Source: an uncultured Candidatus Saccharibacteria bacterium (lineage in GTDB: Bacteria > Patescibacteriota > Saccharimonadia > Saccharimonadales > UBA4665). Taken from it: DNA of 64,000 bases. The notes below the pieces were generated by a model. The model saw nothing but the letters and a program-made list of their open reading frames with translations, was not told where the DNA came from and searched no databases. Position 1 is the first letter of the stretch. Each line of letters starts with the position of its first letter. The translations under genes were made by a program, and so were the position numbers. Below are positions 39,751 to 49,168 of the stretch, piece by piece. The stretch spans positions 4,069 to 68,068 of the forward strand of contig CAZBRP010000008.1 in the NCBI GenBank assembly GCA_964494765.1, in the 5' to 3' direction.

Positions 39751-40665
39751 ATGAAGAATATCCTGGTAGCATTCCGACGGATACTTGCCGCTACAGTGGT
39801 GAGTAGCTTAGTGGTGCTGCAAGCCGCATCAGGATGGGTGGGGGTCGCCTCGGCAGCAGCCCCAGCACCCGAAAACCCTAAGTCAGGTTCAATGGGTCTT
39901 ACTGGCACACTTGCTAGCGCACCACCCACAACAGGTGCTACGATTACGGCGCCGCGTAATGGCCAGAGCTTTACAAACTTGCCTGTAACAGTAGCTGGCT
40001 TGTGCCCTCGTGGCCTGATGGTTAAGGTGTTTGATAACAATGTGTTTATGGGCTCGGTATTGTGTGCTTCGGGCAGCTATTCTATTCAAATCGACTTATT
40101 TAGTGGCCAAAACGACCTTATTGTACGGGTATATGATTCTTTGGATCAAGCTGGTCCGGACTCTAATATTGTAACGGTTAACTTTAACGATGCGCAGTTT
40201 AACCCCTCTGGATCACCGCTACTAAGTCTTACGAGCGACTTTGCTCGCCGTGGTGCTAACCCTGGCGACACCTTGGTGTGGCCTATTATCCTGGGCGGCG
40301 GTACAGGCCCTTATGCTATTAGTGTGGACTGGGGCGACAACAAAGCACAAGACCTTATCAGCCAGCAGTTCCAGGGTGTCGTTGATCTTAAGCATATTTA
40401 CGATACGGCTGGCGTATATAGCGTTATTATTAAGGCTACCGACAAAAATGGCCTCACTGCTTACTTGCAGGTAATTGGCGTAGCCAACGGGGCTGTGACT
40501 CAGTCGGCAGGCACTGGTGGCACAGGCTCCGAGATTATTACGGTTGAAAAGGTGTTATGGTTACCAGCCATGATTATGATTCCGTTTATCATCGTGTCGT
40601 TTTGGCTCGGCCGCCGCTTTGAATTATCTACACTCCGCAAGCATATCCAAGAATCTGACTATTAG
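39751..40665 (+). CDS. Surface protein with Ig-like and PKD domains and a C-terminal TM anchor
   Basis: Signal/anchor ILAATVVSSLVVLQAASGWVGVASA. PKD-like WGDN...HIYDTAGVYSVIIKATDKNG. C-terminal TM LPAMIMIPFIIVSFWL. The start is set at ATG 39751 because the ORF-track start (39622) lies inside the preceding gene. Confidence 0.7.
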   Translation: MKNILVAFRRILAATVVSSLVVLQAASGWVGVASAAAPAPENPKSGSMGLTGTLASAPPTTGATITAPRNGQSFTNLPVTVAGLCPRGLMVKVFDNNVFMGSVLCASGSYSIQIDLFSGQNDLIVRVYDSLDQAGPDSNIVTVNFNDAQFNPSGSPLLSLTSDFARRGANPGDTLVWPIILGGGTGPYAISVDWGDNKAQDLISQQFQGVVDLKHIYDTAGVYSVIIKATDKNGLTAYLQVIGVANGAVTQSAGTGGTGSEIITVEKVLWLPAMIMIPFIIVSFWLGRRFELSTLRKHIQESDY

Positions 40666-40692
40666 CAGTGGCACTAAACCTCTGTAATTTGA

Positions 40693-40698
40693 TATAAT
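40693..40698 (+). promoter_or_regulatory. -10 box TATAAT 9 nt upstream of ATG 40708
   Basis: gaTATAATaagtatattATG. Confidence 0.4.
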
Positions 40699-40707
40699 AA
40701 GTATATT

Positions 40708-41754
40708 ATGGCCAAAAAAGTATTTGTTGGTATGAGCGGTGGTGTAGACAGTTCGGTAACTGCGGCGCTTTTGCTAGAGCAGGGTTACGAAGTCACCGGC
40801 GTGTACATGAAAAACTGGAGTCAGGATCTACCTGGCTTTGATTGCCCATGGAAAGAAGATTACCAAGACGCCAAGCGCGTTGCTGTACAGCTGGGTATTC
40901 CGTTTAAAATGTATGATTTTGAGACCGAATATCGCCAAAAGGTGGTTGAGTACATGCTGGAGGGCTACAAAGCCGGCCGTACACCGAACCCCGATATTAT
41001 GTGCAACCAAGAGGTAAAATTTAAGCTTTTCCTAAACACAGCTTTGCGAGATGGCGCCGACATGGTTGCCACTGGCCACTACGCACGCATCAAAGATGGC
41101 CAGCTGCTAACTGGCGTAGATACTAACAAAGACCAGAGCTACTTTTTATACCGCGTTACCGAAGACGCCCTACGCAAATCATTAATGCCAATTGGCGAAT
41201 ATCAAAAGCCTCAAATACGTGATATGGCTAAAAAGCTTGGCTTAGCCACGGCCGAAAAGAAAGACTCACAAGGTATCTGTTTTGTAGGCAAGGTAGGTAT
41301 TAAAGAATTCTTACAGGCGTTTGTGCAGACCGAGCCTGGTAATATTATCGACCATTACGGGCGTGTTATTGGGCAGCATGACGGGGCCTTATTTTACACT
41401 ATCGGCCAGCGACATGGCCTTAATGTTGGCGGCGGCTTGCCATATTACGTAGTTGGCAAAGACATGGCCAAAAATGAAGTATACGTAACGGCCGACTTGC
41501 AAGACGAAAACTTATGGAGCAGCAGCCTACATCTAACAGACGCTCACTGGATTAACGACGCTCCAGATACTGCCAAGACCTACCAAATCCGCACACGTTA
41601 CCGTGCTGCTCTGGTTGAGGCTCAAAACCTGCGCTTTGAAGAAGATGGAAGCTTGCGCCTAGATCTAGGCGAAGAAGTACGCGCCATTACCCCAGGGCAA
41701 TCAGCTGTTATCTACGACGGCGAGCGCGTTGTGGGCGGCGGCATCGTAATTTAA
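40708..41754 (+). CDS. mnmA: tRNA-specific 2-thiouridylase
   Basis: PP-loop VGMSGGVDSSV, NPDIMCN and SQGICFVG motifs. Confidence 0.92.
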   Translation: MAKKVFVGMSGGVDSSVTAALLLEQGYEVTGVYMKNWSQDLPGFDCPWKEDYQDAKRVAVQLGIPFKMYDFETEYRQKVVEYMLEGYKAGRTPNPDIMCNQEVKFKLFLNTALRDGADMVATGHYARIKDGQLLTGVDTNKDQSYFLYRVTEDALRKSLMPIGEYQKPQIRDMAKKLGLATAEKKDSQGICFVGKVGIKEFLQAFVQTEPGNIIDHYGRVIGQHDGALFYTIGQRHGLNVGGGLPYYVVGKDMAKNEVYVTADLQDENLWSSSLHLTDAHWINDAPDTAKTYQIRTRYRAALVEAQNLRFEEDGSLRLDLGEEVRAITPGQSAVIYDGERVVGGGIVI

Positions 41755-41815
41755 GCCCAGGATATTTGGCCAGCAGGCGTTGGTTTAGCGGTAATTTTAC
41801 CAATAGGTTCACCTC

Positions 41816-41824
41816 TGTTATAAT
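41816..41824 (+). promoter_or_regulatory. Extended -10 box TGTTATAAT 7 nt upstream of ATG 41832
   Basis: ctcTGTTATAATatcttttATG. Confidence 0.5.
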
Positions 41825-41831
41825 ATCTTTT

Positions 41832-43742
41832 ATGAACGCACAACAAATCCGCACCGCATATCTCGACTTCTTTAAAAAACGTGGTCACGCAGCGGTTCCA
41901 CGTGCGCTGTTGGTGCCTCAAAACGACCCAACAACTCTGTTTACCGGCTCCGGCATGCAGCCAATGATCCCATATCTTTTGGGTGAAGAGCACCCGGAAG
42001 GCACTCGTATTGTAGATAGCCAGACCTGCTTGCGCGCTCAAGATATCGACGAAGTGGGTGACAACCGTCACACTACCTTTTTTGAAATGCTTGGTAACTG
42101 GAGCTTGGGCGATTACACCAAGGCCGACCAAGTGCCATGGATGTTTGAGTTTTTGACCGAAGTTGTAGGTTTAGACGCTTCCAAACTGTACATTACGTGC
42201 TTTATTGGTGCCCCTGAATATGACATTCCTAAAGATACCGAGGCTGCCCAGATGTGGCAGAAGCTTTTTGCAGCAAAGGGGCTAAGCTCGGGCATTGCTG
42301 ATATTGGTTCCGAAGAAGATGGCTACCGCCGCGGCGTTAAAGAAGGTGAGCGTATTTTTTATTACGACGGCAGTAAAAACTGGTGGAGTCGCAATGGTGG
42401 CCCCGAAAATACACCTGTTGGTGACCCGTGCGGCCCAGATAGCGAAATGTTCTATGACTTTGGCACACCGCACAATCCTGAATATGGCGAGCACTGCCAC
42501 CCTAACTGTGACTGTGGGCGCTTTATGGAAATTGGCAACAATGTCTTTATGTCGTACCGCAAAGAAGCCGAAGGCAAGTTTGTACTTCTTGAAAAGCCAA
42601 ACATCGACCATGGCTCTGGCTTAGAGCGCATTGCCGCTGCAGCTCTCGACGAGCCGGACGCTTACAAAATTAGCTTACTGTGGCCAATTATCGAAAAACT
42701 CGAAGCCCTATCTGGTAAAAAGTACGATAGCAACACAAACGCCATGCGTATTATTGCCGATCACTTACGTGCCGCAACTTTCTTGGCTGTAGACGGTATC
42801 GTGCCCAGCAATAAAGAGCAGGGCTATGTTATGCGCCGCATGGTTCGCCGCGCTATTATGCGATCCTTTAACTTGGGCATCGAACAGAACTTCCTCGAAG
42901 AGCTAGTGCCAGTAATTGCTGATTTATACCACCAGGACTTCCCCGAAGTTGCTACCAAGCGCGAAACAGTCGTTGCTATTTTGGTAAAAGAAGAAAAAGT
43001 CTTCCGCCAAACGCTGCGCAAGGGCCTTGCCGAGCTCAACAAGTTTGTTGACCGCAACCAAAAAGACGAGAGCGGAAAGGTTGTCGTACCTGGCGACTTT
43101 GTATTTACCCTGTACGACACCTACGGCTACCCTGTTGAACTTTCGGAAGAGGTTGTCGCTATGCACGAAAGCGCAGACTTAGCAGAAGACTGGAAAACAG
43201 TATTTGAGGCCAAGATGGCTGAGCAAAAAGCCCGTTCCCAAGGTGCCACTAAAGGTGTATTTAAGGGCGGTTTAGGTGGCCAAACACTACAGCACAAAAA
43301 ATACCACACCGCTACGCACTTAATGTACCAGGCGCTCCGTGATGTACTCGGTAGTCACGTTATTCAGCGCGGTTCAAACATTACCGAAGAGCGTTTGCGC
43401 TTTGACTTTTCACACGACGCTAAAATGACGCCGGAGCAGATTGAGCAAGTTGAGGTTATTGTTAATGCTCAAATTGATAAAGACTTGCCAGTATTCTGGA
43501 AAGAATACCCAACTAAGCAGGCCCTAGAAATGGGTGCTTTAGGCGCCTTTGGTGATCGCTACGGTGAAGTAGTTAAAATCTACCAAATGGGTGAGGGTGA
43601 CAATCGCTTTAGCTTTGAAATTTGTGGCGGCCCACACGTTGACCACACCGGTCAGCTAGGTGAAGAAGGCAAGCGCTTTAAGATTCTCAAAGAAGAAGCA
43701 AGCTCGGCAGGCATTCGCCGCGTTAAAGCCGTATTGCGCTAG
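41832..43742 (+). CDS. alaS: Alanyl-tRNA synthetase, short form (catalytic, tRNA-recognition and editing domains; no C-Ala/DHHA1-like tail)
   Basis: Starts MNAQQIRTAYLDFFKKRGH. HTTFFEMLGNWS, editing-site HTATHLM and CGGPHV. 636 aa from ATG 41832 (the ORF-track start at 41766 lies upstream of the promoter-like box). Confidence 0.9.
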   Translation: MNAQQIRTAYLDFFKKRGHAAVPRALLVPQNDPTTLFTGSGMQPMIPYLLGEEHPEGTRIVDSQTCLRAQDIDEVGDNRHTTFFEMLGNWSLGDYTKADQVPWMFEFLTEVVGLDASKLYITCFIGAPEYDIPKDTEAAQMWQKLFAAKGLSSGIADIGSEEDGYRRGVKEGERIFYYDGSKNWWSRNGGPENTPVGDPCGPDSEMFYDFGTPHNPEYGEHCHPNCDCGRFMEIGNNVFMSYRKEAEGKFVLLEKPNIDHGSGLERIAAAALDEPDAYKISLLWPIIEKLEALSGKKYDSNTNAMRIIADHLRAATFLAVDGIVPSNKEQGYVMRRMVRRAIMRSFNLGIEQNFLEELVPVIADLYHQDFPEVATKRETVVAILVKEEKVFRQTLRKGLAELNKFVDRNQKDESGKVVVPGDFVFTLYDTYGYPVELSEEVVAMHESADLAEDWKTVFEAKMAEQKARSQGATKGVFKGGLGGQTLQHKKYHTATHLMYQALRDVLGSHVIQRGSNITEERLRFDFSHDAKMTPEQIEQVEVIVNAQIDKDLPVFWKEYPTKQALEMGALGAFGDRYGEVVKIYQMGEGDNRFSFEICGGPHVDHTGQLGEEGKRFKILKEEASSAGIRRVKAVLR

Positions 43743-43762
43743 CCTTTTATAGGTTGCCCCTC

Positions 43763-43768
43763 TATAAT
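43763..43768 (+). promoter_or_regulatory. -10 box TATAAT 7 nt upstream of ATG 43776
   Basis: ctcTATAATagggggtATG. Confidence 0.4.
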
Positions 43769-43775
43769 AGGGGGT

Positions 43776-44240
43776 ATGAAACAAACTCCCACTAAGCCTC
43801 AGAATAAGCCTATGCAAGGCTGGATTTCGCAAAACAAGCGATCCATTATGTTCACGTCACTCGCAGTAAATATTGTATTTGTTGTTGGCCTTGTTGCTGC
43901 CTATGTTATGACTCACACCAGCAACTACTGGACTGCTAAAATGGCCTACCAAACCATGCAGCGCACATGCCCAACAGACATTGCTTCTCGCATGGAAACA
44001 AAGCGCGAGGGCGACATCACTAAAACCGAATACTACGTAGGCGTTAAGGCTTTGGAATCTGGCTGTGCTGATTACCTAATCCAGACGGCGCAAATTGACG
44101 ACTTCCGTGCCTATCCAGACCACGCTAAGACTTCAGCCGATGCCCTTAAGCCACTGTCACCAGACAAGACACTGCAAGTTACAATTGTAAAATCGCTGGA
44201 GAATGGGCGACAATTATCGCCAATTAAGTTTGATAAGTAG
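43776..44240 (+). CDS. Hypothetical single-pass membrane protein
   Basis: 154 aa, TM IMFTSLAVNIVFVVGLVAAYVM. Confidence 0.6.
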   Translation: MKQTPTKPQNKPMQGWISQNKRSIMFTSLAVNIVFVVGLVAAYVMTHTSNYWTAKMAYQTMQRTCPTDIASRMETKREGDITKTEYYVGVKALESGCADYLIQTAQIDDFRAYPDHAKTSADALKPLSPDKTLQVTIVKSLENGRQLSPIKFDK

Positions 44241-44290
44241 GGGAAACAGCTGCGGCGCTATAAACGCTTATGCTATAATAATGGGCAATT

Positions 44291-45625
44291 ATGCTTAATC
44301 TTAATAAAGTTAAATCCTTAGGCCAAAGCATGGCCAGCAAAGTTGCCGATAAAGCTAACGAGGTTAATACCAAAGTAGCTAGTCGCACGCCTGCCGAAGA
44401 GCAGTATATTGTTGGACTCGACATTGGTACTGAGTTTGTAAAAGCCTTAATTGGTAAAGTTAATGGTGATCATATCGAGATCATTGGTGTTGGCCGCCAG
44501 CACCAGGGCTTGGCCGACATGCAAGCCGGCGCGATTGCTGATATTGGCCGTGTGGTACAAAACTGCGACACTGCCTTGGCTCGAGCCGAAGAGCAGGCTG
44601 GTGTAAGCGCCCGCTCAGCGGTGATTGGCATTGCAGGCGAGCTAGTTAAAGGTACAACTACCACCGTGCGTGTTACGCGCAAAGACCCCGAAAAAACACT
44701 CGACCTACCGGAGGTAGAACGCATTATCAAGCTTGTGCAGCAGCGCGCCCAAGCCAAAGCTAAGCAGCAGCTTACCTGGGAACTCGGCGGCAAAGATGTT
44801 GATATTCGCTTGGTTAACAGTGCCTTAGTGGGCATGGAAATTGATGGTTACCGGGTAACCAGTCCGGTTGGCTTCCAGGGTCGCGATATAGTTGTACAGC
44901 TTTACACCGCTTTTGCGCCGCTTATTCACATTGGTGCCCTAGAGCGTACTGCTCAGCAGCTTGACCTTGACCTACTAGCGGTGGCCGCAGAGCCATTTGC
45001 TGTTTCGCGCTCAGTTATTGGTGATGACACTAGCGCCACAATGAGCGCCATTTTGATGGACATTGGTGGCGGCACTACCGATATCGCCGTTATTAACGAA
45101 GGCGGCGTGCAAGGTACTAAGATGTTTGGTATTGGTGGCCGGGCCTTTACTCGCTCTATTGAGCGTGAACTCGGCGTAGAGTTTGAGCAGGCTGAAGAAT
45201 TTAAAATTAACGTTTCTAGCCCAAGTATGCCTCAAAATAAGTCAGCTGCCACACTTGGCGCGCTGCAAAAAACACTAGATGTTTGGGCAAGCGGCGTTGA
45301 GCTGGCATTGAGTGAATTCGACAAGCTTGATCATTTGCCACACCGTGTATTGCTATGTGGTGGTGGTTCTAGTCTAGAGTCACTTGTGGACTGCCTCGAA
45401 AAGAGCGACTGGTACACCAAGTTGCCATTTACCCGCAAGCCAATTGTGCAGCATATTCACCCCGACCAAGTTATTGGCATAGTTGATAAAACAGGCCAGG
45501 TAGACGACCACACCTTTATTACGGCAATGGGCTTACTGCGCGTTGGGCTCGACACTATGCAATTCTCCGGGACTGACCCCGGTGGCTCAATTCGTGAAAA
45601 ACTTGATAGGATGTTGCGCACATGA
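44291..45625 (+). CDS. ftsA: Actin-like cell-division ATPase FtsA
   Basis: Phosphate-1 GLDIGTEFVKA and phosphate-2 DIGGGTTDIAV. The C-terminal amphipathic tail GSIREKLDRMLRT is consistent with a membrane-targeting helix. Confidence 0.8.
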   Translation: MLNLNKVKSLGQSMASKVADKANEVNTKVASRTPAEEQYIVGLDIGTEFVKALIGKVNGDHIEIIGVGRQHQGLADMQAGAIADIGRVVQNCDTALARAEEQAGVSARSAVIGIAGELVKGTTTTVRVTRKDPEKTLDLPEVERIIKLVQQRAQAKAKQQLTWELGGKDVDIRLVNSALVGMEIDGYRVTSPVGFQGRDIVVQLYTAFAPLIHIGALERTAQQLDLDLLAVAAEPFAVSRSVIGDDTSATMSAILMDIGGGTTDIAVINEGGVQGTKMFGIGGRAFTRSIERELGVEFEQAEEFKINVSSPSMPQNKSAATLGALQKTLDVWASGVELALSEFDKLDHLPHRVLLCGGGSSLESLVDCLEKSDWYTKLPFTRKPIVQHIHPDQVIGIVDKTGQVDDHTFITAMGLLRVGLDTMQFSGTDPGGSIREKLDRMLRT

Positions 45626-47364
45626 ACAGTATTCCCGCTAAAGATGTTATTTACATCGATGTCGATGACGAAATAACCGCCATTATCGATAAGGTACGTA
45701 CGTCACAAAGCAAAATTGTTGCTTTGGTGTTGCCAAAACGCGCTACCACACTGCAGAGCATCGTTAATATGAAGCTGCTAAAGCGCAGTGCAGATGCCGA
45801 CAAAAAGCACCTAGTGCTGATTAGCTCGGAAGTCGGCCTGATGCCGTTGGCTGCTGCCACTGGCGTGTATGTTGCCAAAAACTTACAGTCTAAGCCCGAA
45901 ATCCCCGAAGCAAACGCTGCCGCAGCAGAATTACCCGAAGACTTAGAGGAGTCGGTAACTCTCGAGGACGAACCCCTTAACAAAAACACCAGTGTCGGTG
46001 ATTTAGCACGCACTCGCGGCGCTGCGGGTGCGGTGGTAAGTCCATCCGCGCAAGACCTAGATGCCCCAATTGAACTTGATAATACTACGGCGCCTAAGCC
46101 ATCTGCCTCCGGCGTTATCGCTGGTGCCCGTGATGACGGCAAAAAAGACAAAAAAACCCCATTTGGCGGCAAAAAAGATAAAAGCCTTAAGGTGCCAAAC
46201 TTTAATAACTTCCGCAAATGGCTCATGATTGGCGGCGCAGCCTTAGTAGTACTGGTATTTGGCCTATACTTGGCCTTAGGCGTGATGCCAAAGGCCAATG
46301 TACTGGTTAAAACCGACAGCCAGGCAATTGATAGCTCGGTACAACTGTCGCTTAACACTAAAGCCAGCAAGGTAGATGCCGACATGGGCATTGCTCCGGC
46401 TAAGTCCCAGGAAATGCAAAAAACCTATTCCCAGCAAGCTCCAGCTACTGGCCAGAAAAACAACGGTCAAAAGGCCTCAGGTAACATTACAGTTATCAAC
46501 TGTAATGACGACACAGTAACCTTGCCGGCTGGTACTGGCTTTAGTTCTGGCAGCAACACCTTTATCAGTCGAACTAGCATTTCCATTCCTGGCAGCAACT
46601 TTAAGAGCGGCGGCGACTGTAAAAATGACGGTAAAGAAGTGGTGAGTGTGGTGGCCCAAAACGGTGGTGCTAGCTATAACATTGGTGCTACTAATTACAG
46701 CATTGCCAACTCGCCATCTAAGCTTTCGGCTTCTGGCGATGCAATGACTGGCGGTACCGACGATATCACCAAGATTATCCAGCAATCAGACATTGACGCT
46801 GCTAAGCAAAAGATTACCAGCCAAGATACCAGCGATGTTAAAAAGCAGCTGCAAAGCCAACTGAATAGTGCTGGATATTTCCCAATTGTTGCTTCGTTTA
46901 CTAGCGAAGAACCAGCTGTATCGGCTAGTGCCAGCGTGGGCGATGCCGCCGAAAATGTTACGGTAACCGAAAAAGTTACCCATACTATGTATGGTGCTAA
47001 AAAGGCCGACCTCGAGAAGATTGTTAAAGACAGTGTTAAGGATAATATCGACACCAGTAAACAGAGTATTCTTGATTACGGTATTGACGGCGCCAACTAC
47101 TCTACGCCAAGTCCAATACCTAACGGCGTAAGTACGACTATGCAAGTAACTGTTGTGGCTGGTCCAGACATTGACGCCGAGGTGCTGGCTAAGCAGGTGT
47201 TAGGCAAGAAGTCTGGCGAAGCCAAGTCTATCATCAAGAACTACCCTGGCGTAACCGACGTAGAAATCTCGTACAGTCCATTCTGGGTTACCAAAATGCC
47301 AGGCAAGGCAAATAAAATCACGATTACTATTGATAAGCCTCAAACCCGAACGAATGCAAAATAA
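45622..47364 (+). CDS. Hypothetical single-pass membrane protein co-translated with ftsA
   Basis: 580 aa with an ATGA overlap with ftsA. Cytoplasmic N-domain, basic linker, TM LMIGGAALVVLVFGLYLALGV, and a large extracytoplasmic beta-rich domain. Confidence 0.7.
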   Translation: MNSIPAKDVIYIDVDDEITAIIDKVRTSQSKIVALVLPKRATTLQSIVNMKLLKRSADADKKHLVLISSEVGLMPLAAATGVYVAKNLQSKPEIPEANAAAAELPEDLEESVTLEDEPLNKNTSVGDLARTRGAAGAVVSPSAQDLDAPIELDNTTAPKPSASGVIAGARDDGKKDKKTPFGGKKDKSLKVPNFNNFRKWLMIGGAALVVLVFGLYLALGVMPKANVLVKTDSQAIDSSVQLSLNTKASKVDADMGIAPAKSQEMQKTYSQQAPATGQKNNGQKASGNITVINCNDDTVTLPAGTGFSSGSNTFISRTSISIPGSNFKSGGDCKNDGKEVVSVVAQNGGASYNIGATNYSIANSPSKLSASGDAMTGGTDDITKIIQQSDIDAAKQKITSQDTSDVKKQLQSQLNSAGYFPIVASFTSEEPAVSASASVGDAAENVTVTEKVTHTMYGAKKADLEKIVKDSVKDNIDTSKQSILDYGIDGANYSTPSPIPNGVSTTMQVTVVAGPDIDAEVLAKQVLGKKSGEAKSIIKNYPGVTDVEISYSPFWVTKMPGKANKITITIDKPQTRTNAK

Positions 47365-47779
47365 CTTAGTAGTCCTACTGGCCTTGGACGTCGGTACACA
47401 GCGTATTGGCGTGGCTGAGGCCAACAGTATTGCGCGCATTGCGCATCCACTGACTACCTTAACGCATGGCGACACTATTATGACTGATATCGCCGAGCTT
47501 ATTAAAAAACACGACGCCACTATGCTCGTAGTTGGCCTACCGCGTGGTATGCAGAGTCAGGATACGCAGCAAACACAGTACGTAAAAGACTTTGTAGAAA
47601 AGCTTAAGATCACTATTTCTACCCCAGTTTTTTGGCAAGACGAAGCGCTTACCTCACATAAAGCCGAAGAAGAGCTCAAGTCGCGCAAAAAGCCCTACCA
47701 AAAGGGCGACATCGACGCTTTGGCGGCAACATATATCCTGGAGGATTTTTTACGAGATTATAACGGAGCGCAGCTATGA
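47354..47779 (+). CDS. ruvX: YqgF/RuvX-family nuclease (pre-16S rRNA / Holliday-junction resolvase-like)
   Basis: LALDVGTQRIGVAEA near the N-terminus. The start is set to ATG 47354. Confidence 0.8.
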   Translation: MQNNLVVLLALDVGTQRIGVAEANSIARIAHPLTTLTHGDTIMTDIAELIKKHDATMLVVGLPRGMQSQDTQQTQYVKDFVEKLKITISTPVFWQDEALTSHKAEEELKSRKKPYQKGDIDALAATYILEDFLRDYNGAQL

Positions 47780-48819
47780 GATATTCAGCAAAAGCCAAGC
47801 GACACCGTTGGCCACAGCGTCTTACACTTATTTTGGTAATTGGGTTGGTACTGGTTGTTGGCGCCACTGTTGCGGTGCGCAAAGTGTATAACGAAAAGCT
47901 TTTACCTGTTAGTAGCAGCCAGGCTACTAAGCTGGTTACGGTTGGTGATGGCGCATCGGTGGATGCTATTGGCCAGCAGCTCGAAAAAGATGGCCTTATT
48001 AGAAGTGCCTGGGCTTTTAAATTGTACGTGAGCACCAAGCAGCTCAGGGCTAATTTGCAAGCCGGCACCTACGCATTGTCGCCTAGCCAGTCGGTGAGCG
48101 AAATAGTCTCGCAGCTTACGAGCGGCAAGATTGCTACCGATAACATTACAATTTTGCCAGGTAAACGTATCGACCAAATTAAGGCCACACTTATTAATAG
48201 TGGTTTTGCGCCTAAAGATGTCGACATTGCCCTTGACCCTGCCACCTACGCCTCCAACCCAGCATTAGTTGATAAGCCGGCGGGTGCAACGCTAGAGGGG
48301 TATATTTTTCCAGACTCTTTCCAAAAAGATGCAGCCACTACTGCAACGTCGGTAGTGGAGCGTAGTTTAGCCGAAATGCAGTCGGCGCTTACGCCTGATT
48401 TGCGTGCGGCCTTTGCCAAGCAGGGCCTTAGCACGTACCAGGGCATTATCCTGGCATCGATAGTCGAAAAAGAAGTTTCTAAGAGCGACGATCGTCGCCA
48501 GGTAGCGCAGGTATTCTTGTCGCGGCTCAAGCAGGGTATGTCTTTGGGGTCAGATGTTACTGCCTATTACGGGTCGATCGCAGACGGCAAAGAACCTTCG
48601 GTAAACTACGATACGCCTTTTAATACACGCCTGCACAAAGGCTTGCCGCCAACTCCTATCAGTAACGTGAGTGTTGATTCGCTCAAGGCAGTGGCATATC
48701 CATCAAATACCGACTGGCTGTTCTTTGTAAGCGGTGACGATGGCCAAACGTACTTCTCTAAGACACTACAAGAGCACGACGCGCTTACTAAGCAACACTG
48801 CCAAAAGCTCTGCGAATAA
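47776..48819 (+). CDS. mltG: Endolytic murein transglycosylase (YceG family)
   Basis: N-terminal TM and YceG-like blocks ILPGKRIDQI, EGYIFPDSF and ILASIVEKE. Confidence 0.88.
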   Translation: MRYSAKAKRHRWPQRLTLILVIGLVLVVGATVAVRKVYNEKLLPVSSSQATKLVTVGDGASVDAIGQQLEKDGLIRSAWAFKLYVSTKQLRANLQAGTYALSPSQSVSEIVSQLTSGKIATDNITILPGKRIDQIKATLINSGFAPKDVDIALDPATYASNPALVDKPAGATLEGYIFPDSFQKDAATTATSVVERSLAEMQSALTPDLRAAFAKQGLSTYQGIILASIVEKEVSKSDDRRQVAQVFLSRLKQGMSLGSDVTAYYGSIADGKEPSVNYDTPFNTRLHKGLPPTPISNVSVDSLKAVAYPSNTDWLFFVSGDDGQTYFSKTLQEHDALTKQHCQKLCE

Positions 48820-49168
48820 GTGTAATCCTACCTCTGTTAAAAAGAGTAAGCATATTGGCAAAAAAGGTAGATTTGTTATAATCATATACGAAGTGCAGGC
48901 GATGTAACTCTAATTTAGGGTTATCTGGCACACTTCCTTCGTGGATGTCCCACTTTTGCATCTAATCCATTCATGAAGCCGGCCTACGTGCCAGGAGTAG
49001 ACTATCAGTAACTCACTCATACAAACGGCTGCGACGTCTAAGACAACGCAAAACCGTCGATCCATTCGTTCGGGCCGTGTATACAAGCGATTTACCAAGT
49101 TTATATCGCAGCGTCGTACCATTCGGTACGGTCTTCTTATTGCTAATTTCCTCGTACTTGGCGGTATT

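Noticed and set aside
41751-42131. 126-aa minus-strand ORF overlapping the alaS start
   Set aside because: It is antisense to the highly conserved AlaRS catalytic core and spans the alaS promoter region.
45651-46391. 246-aa minus-strand ORF
   Set aside because: It lies entirely antisense within the 580-aa gene co-translated with ftsA. Its Ser/Ala/Leu-rich composition is typical of antisense frames, and it has no start context.
48885-49000. Cyclic-di-AMP (ydaO-type) riboswitch upstream of the cell-wall hydrolase
   Set aside because: The context is right, but I could not find the conserved ydaO elements (for example the GGGGA(C)CCA and CCGAACCC-type blocks). Only weak, bulged pairing (acgaagtgc with gcac..ttc..tcgt) is visible.
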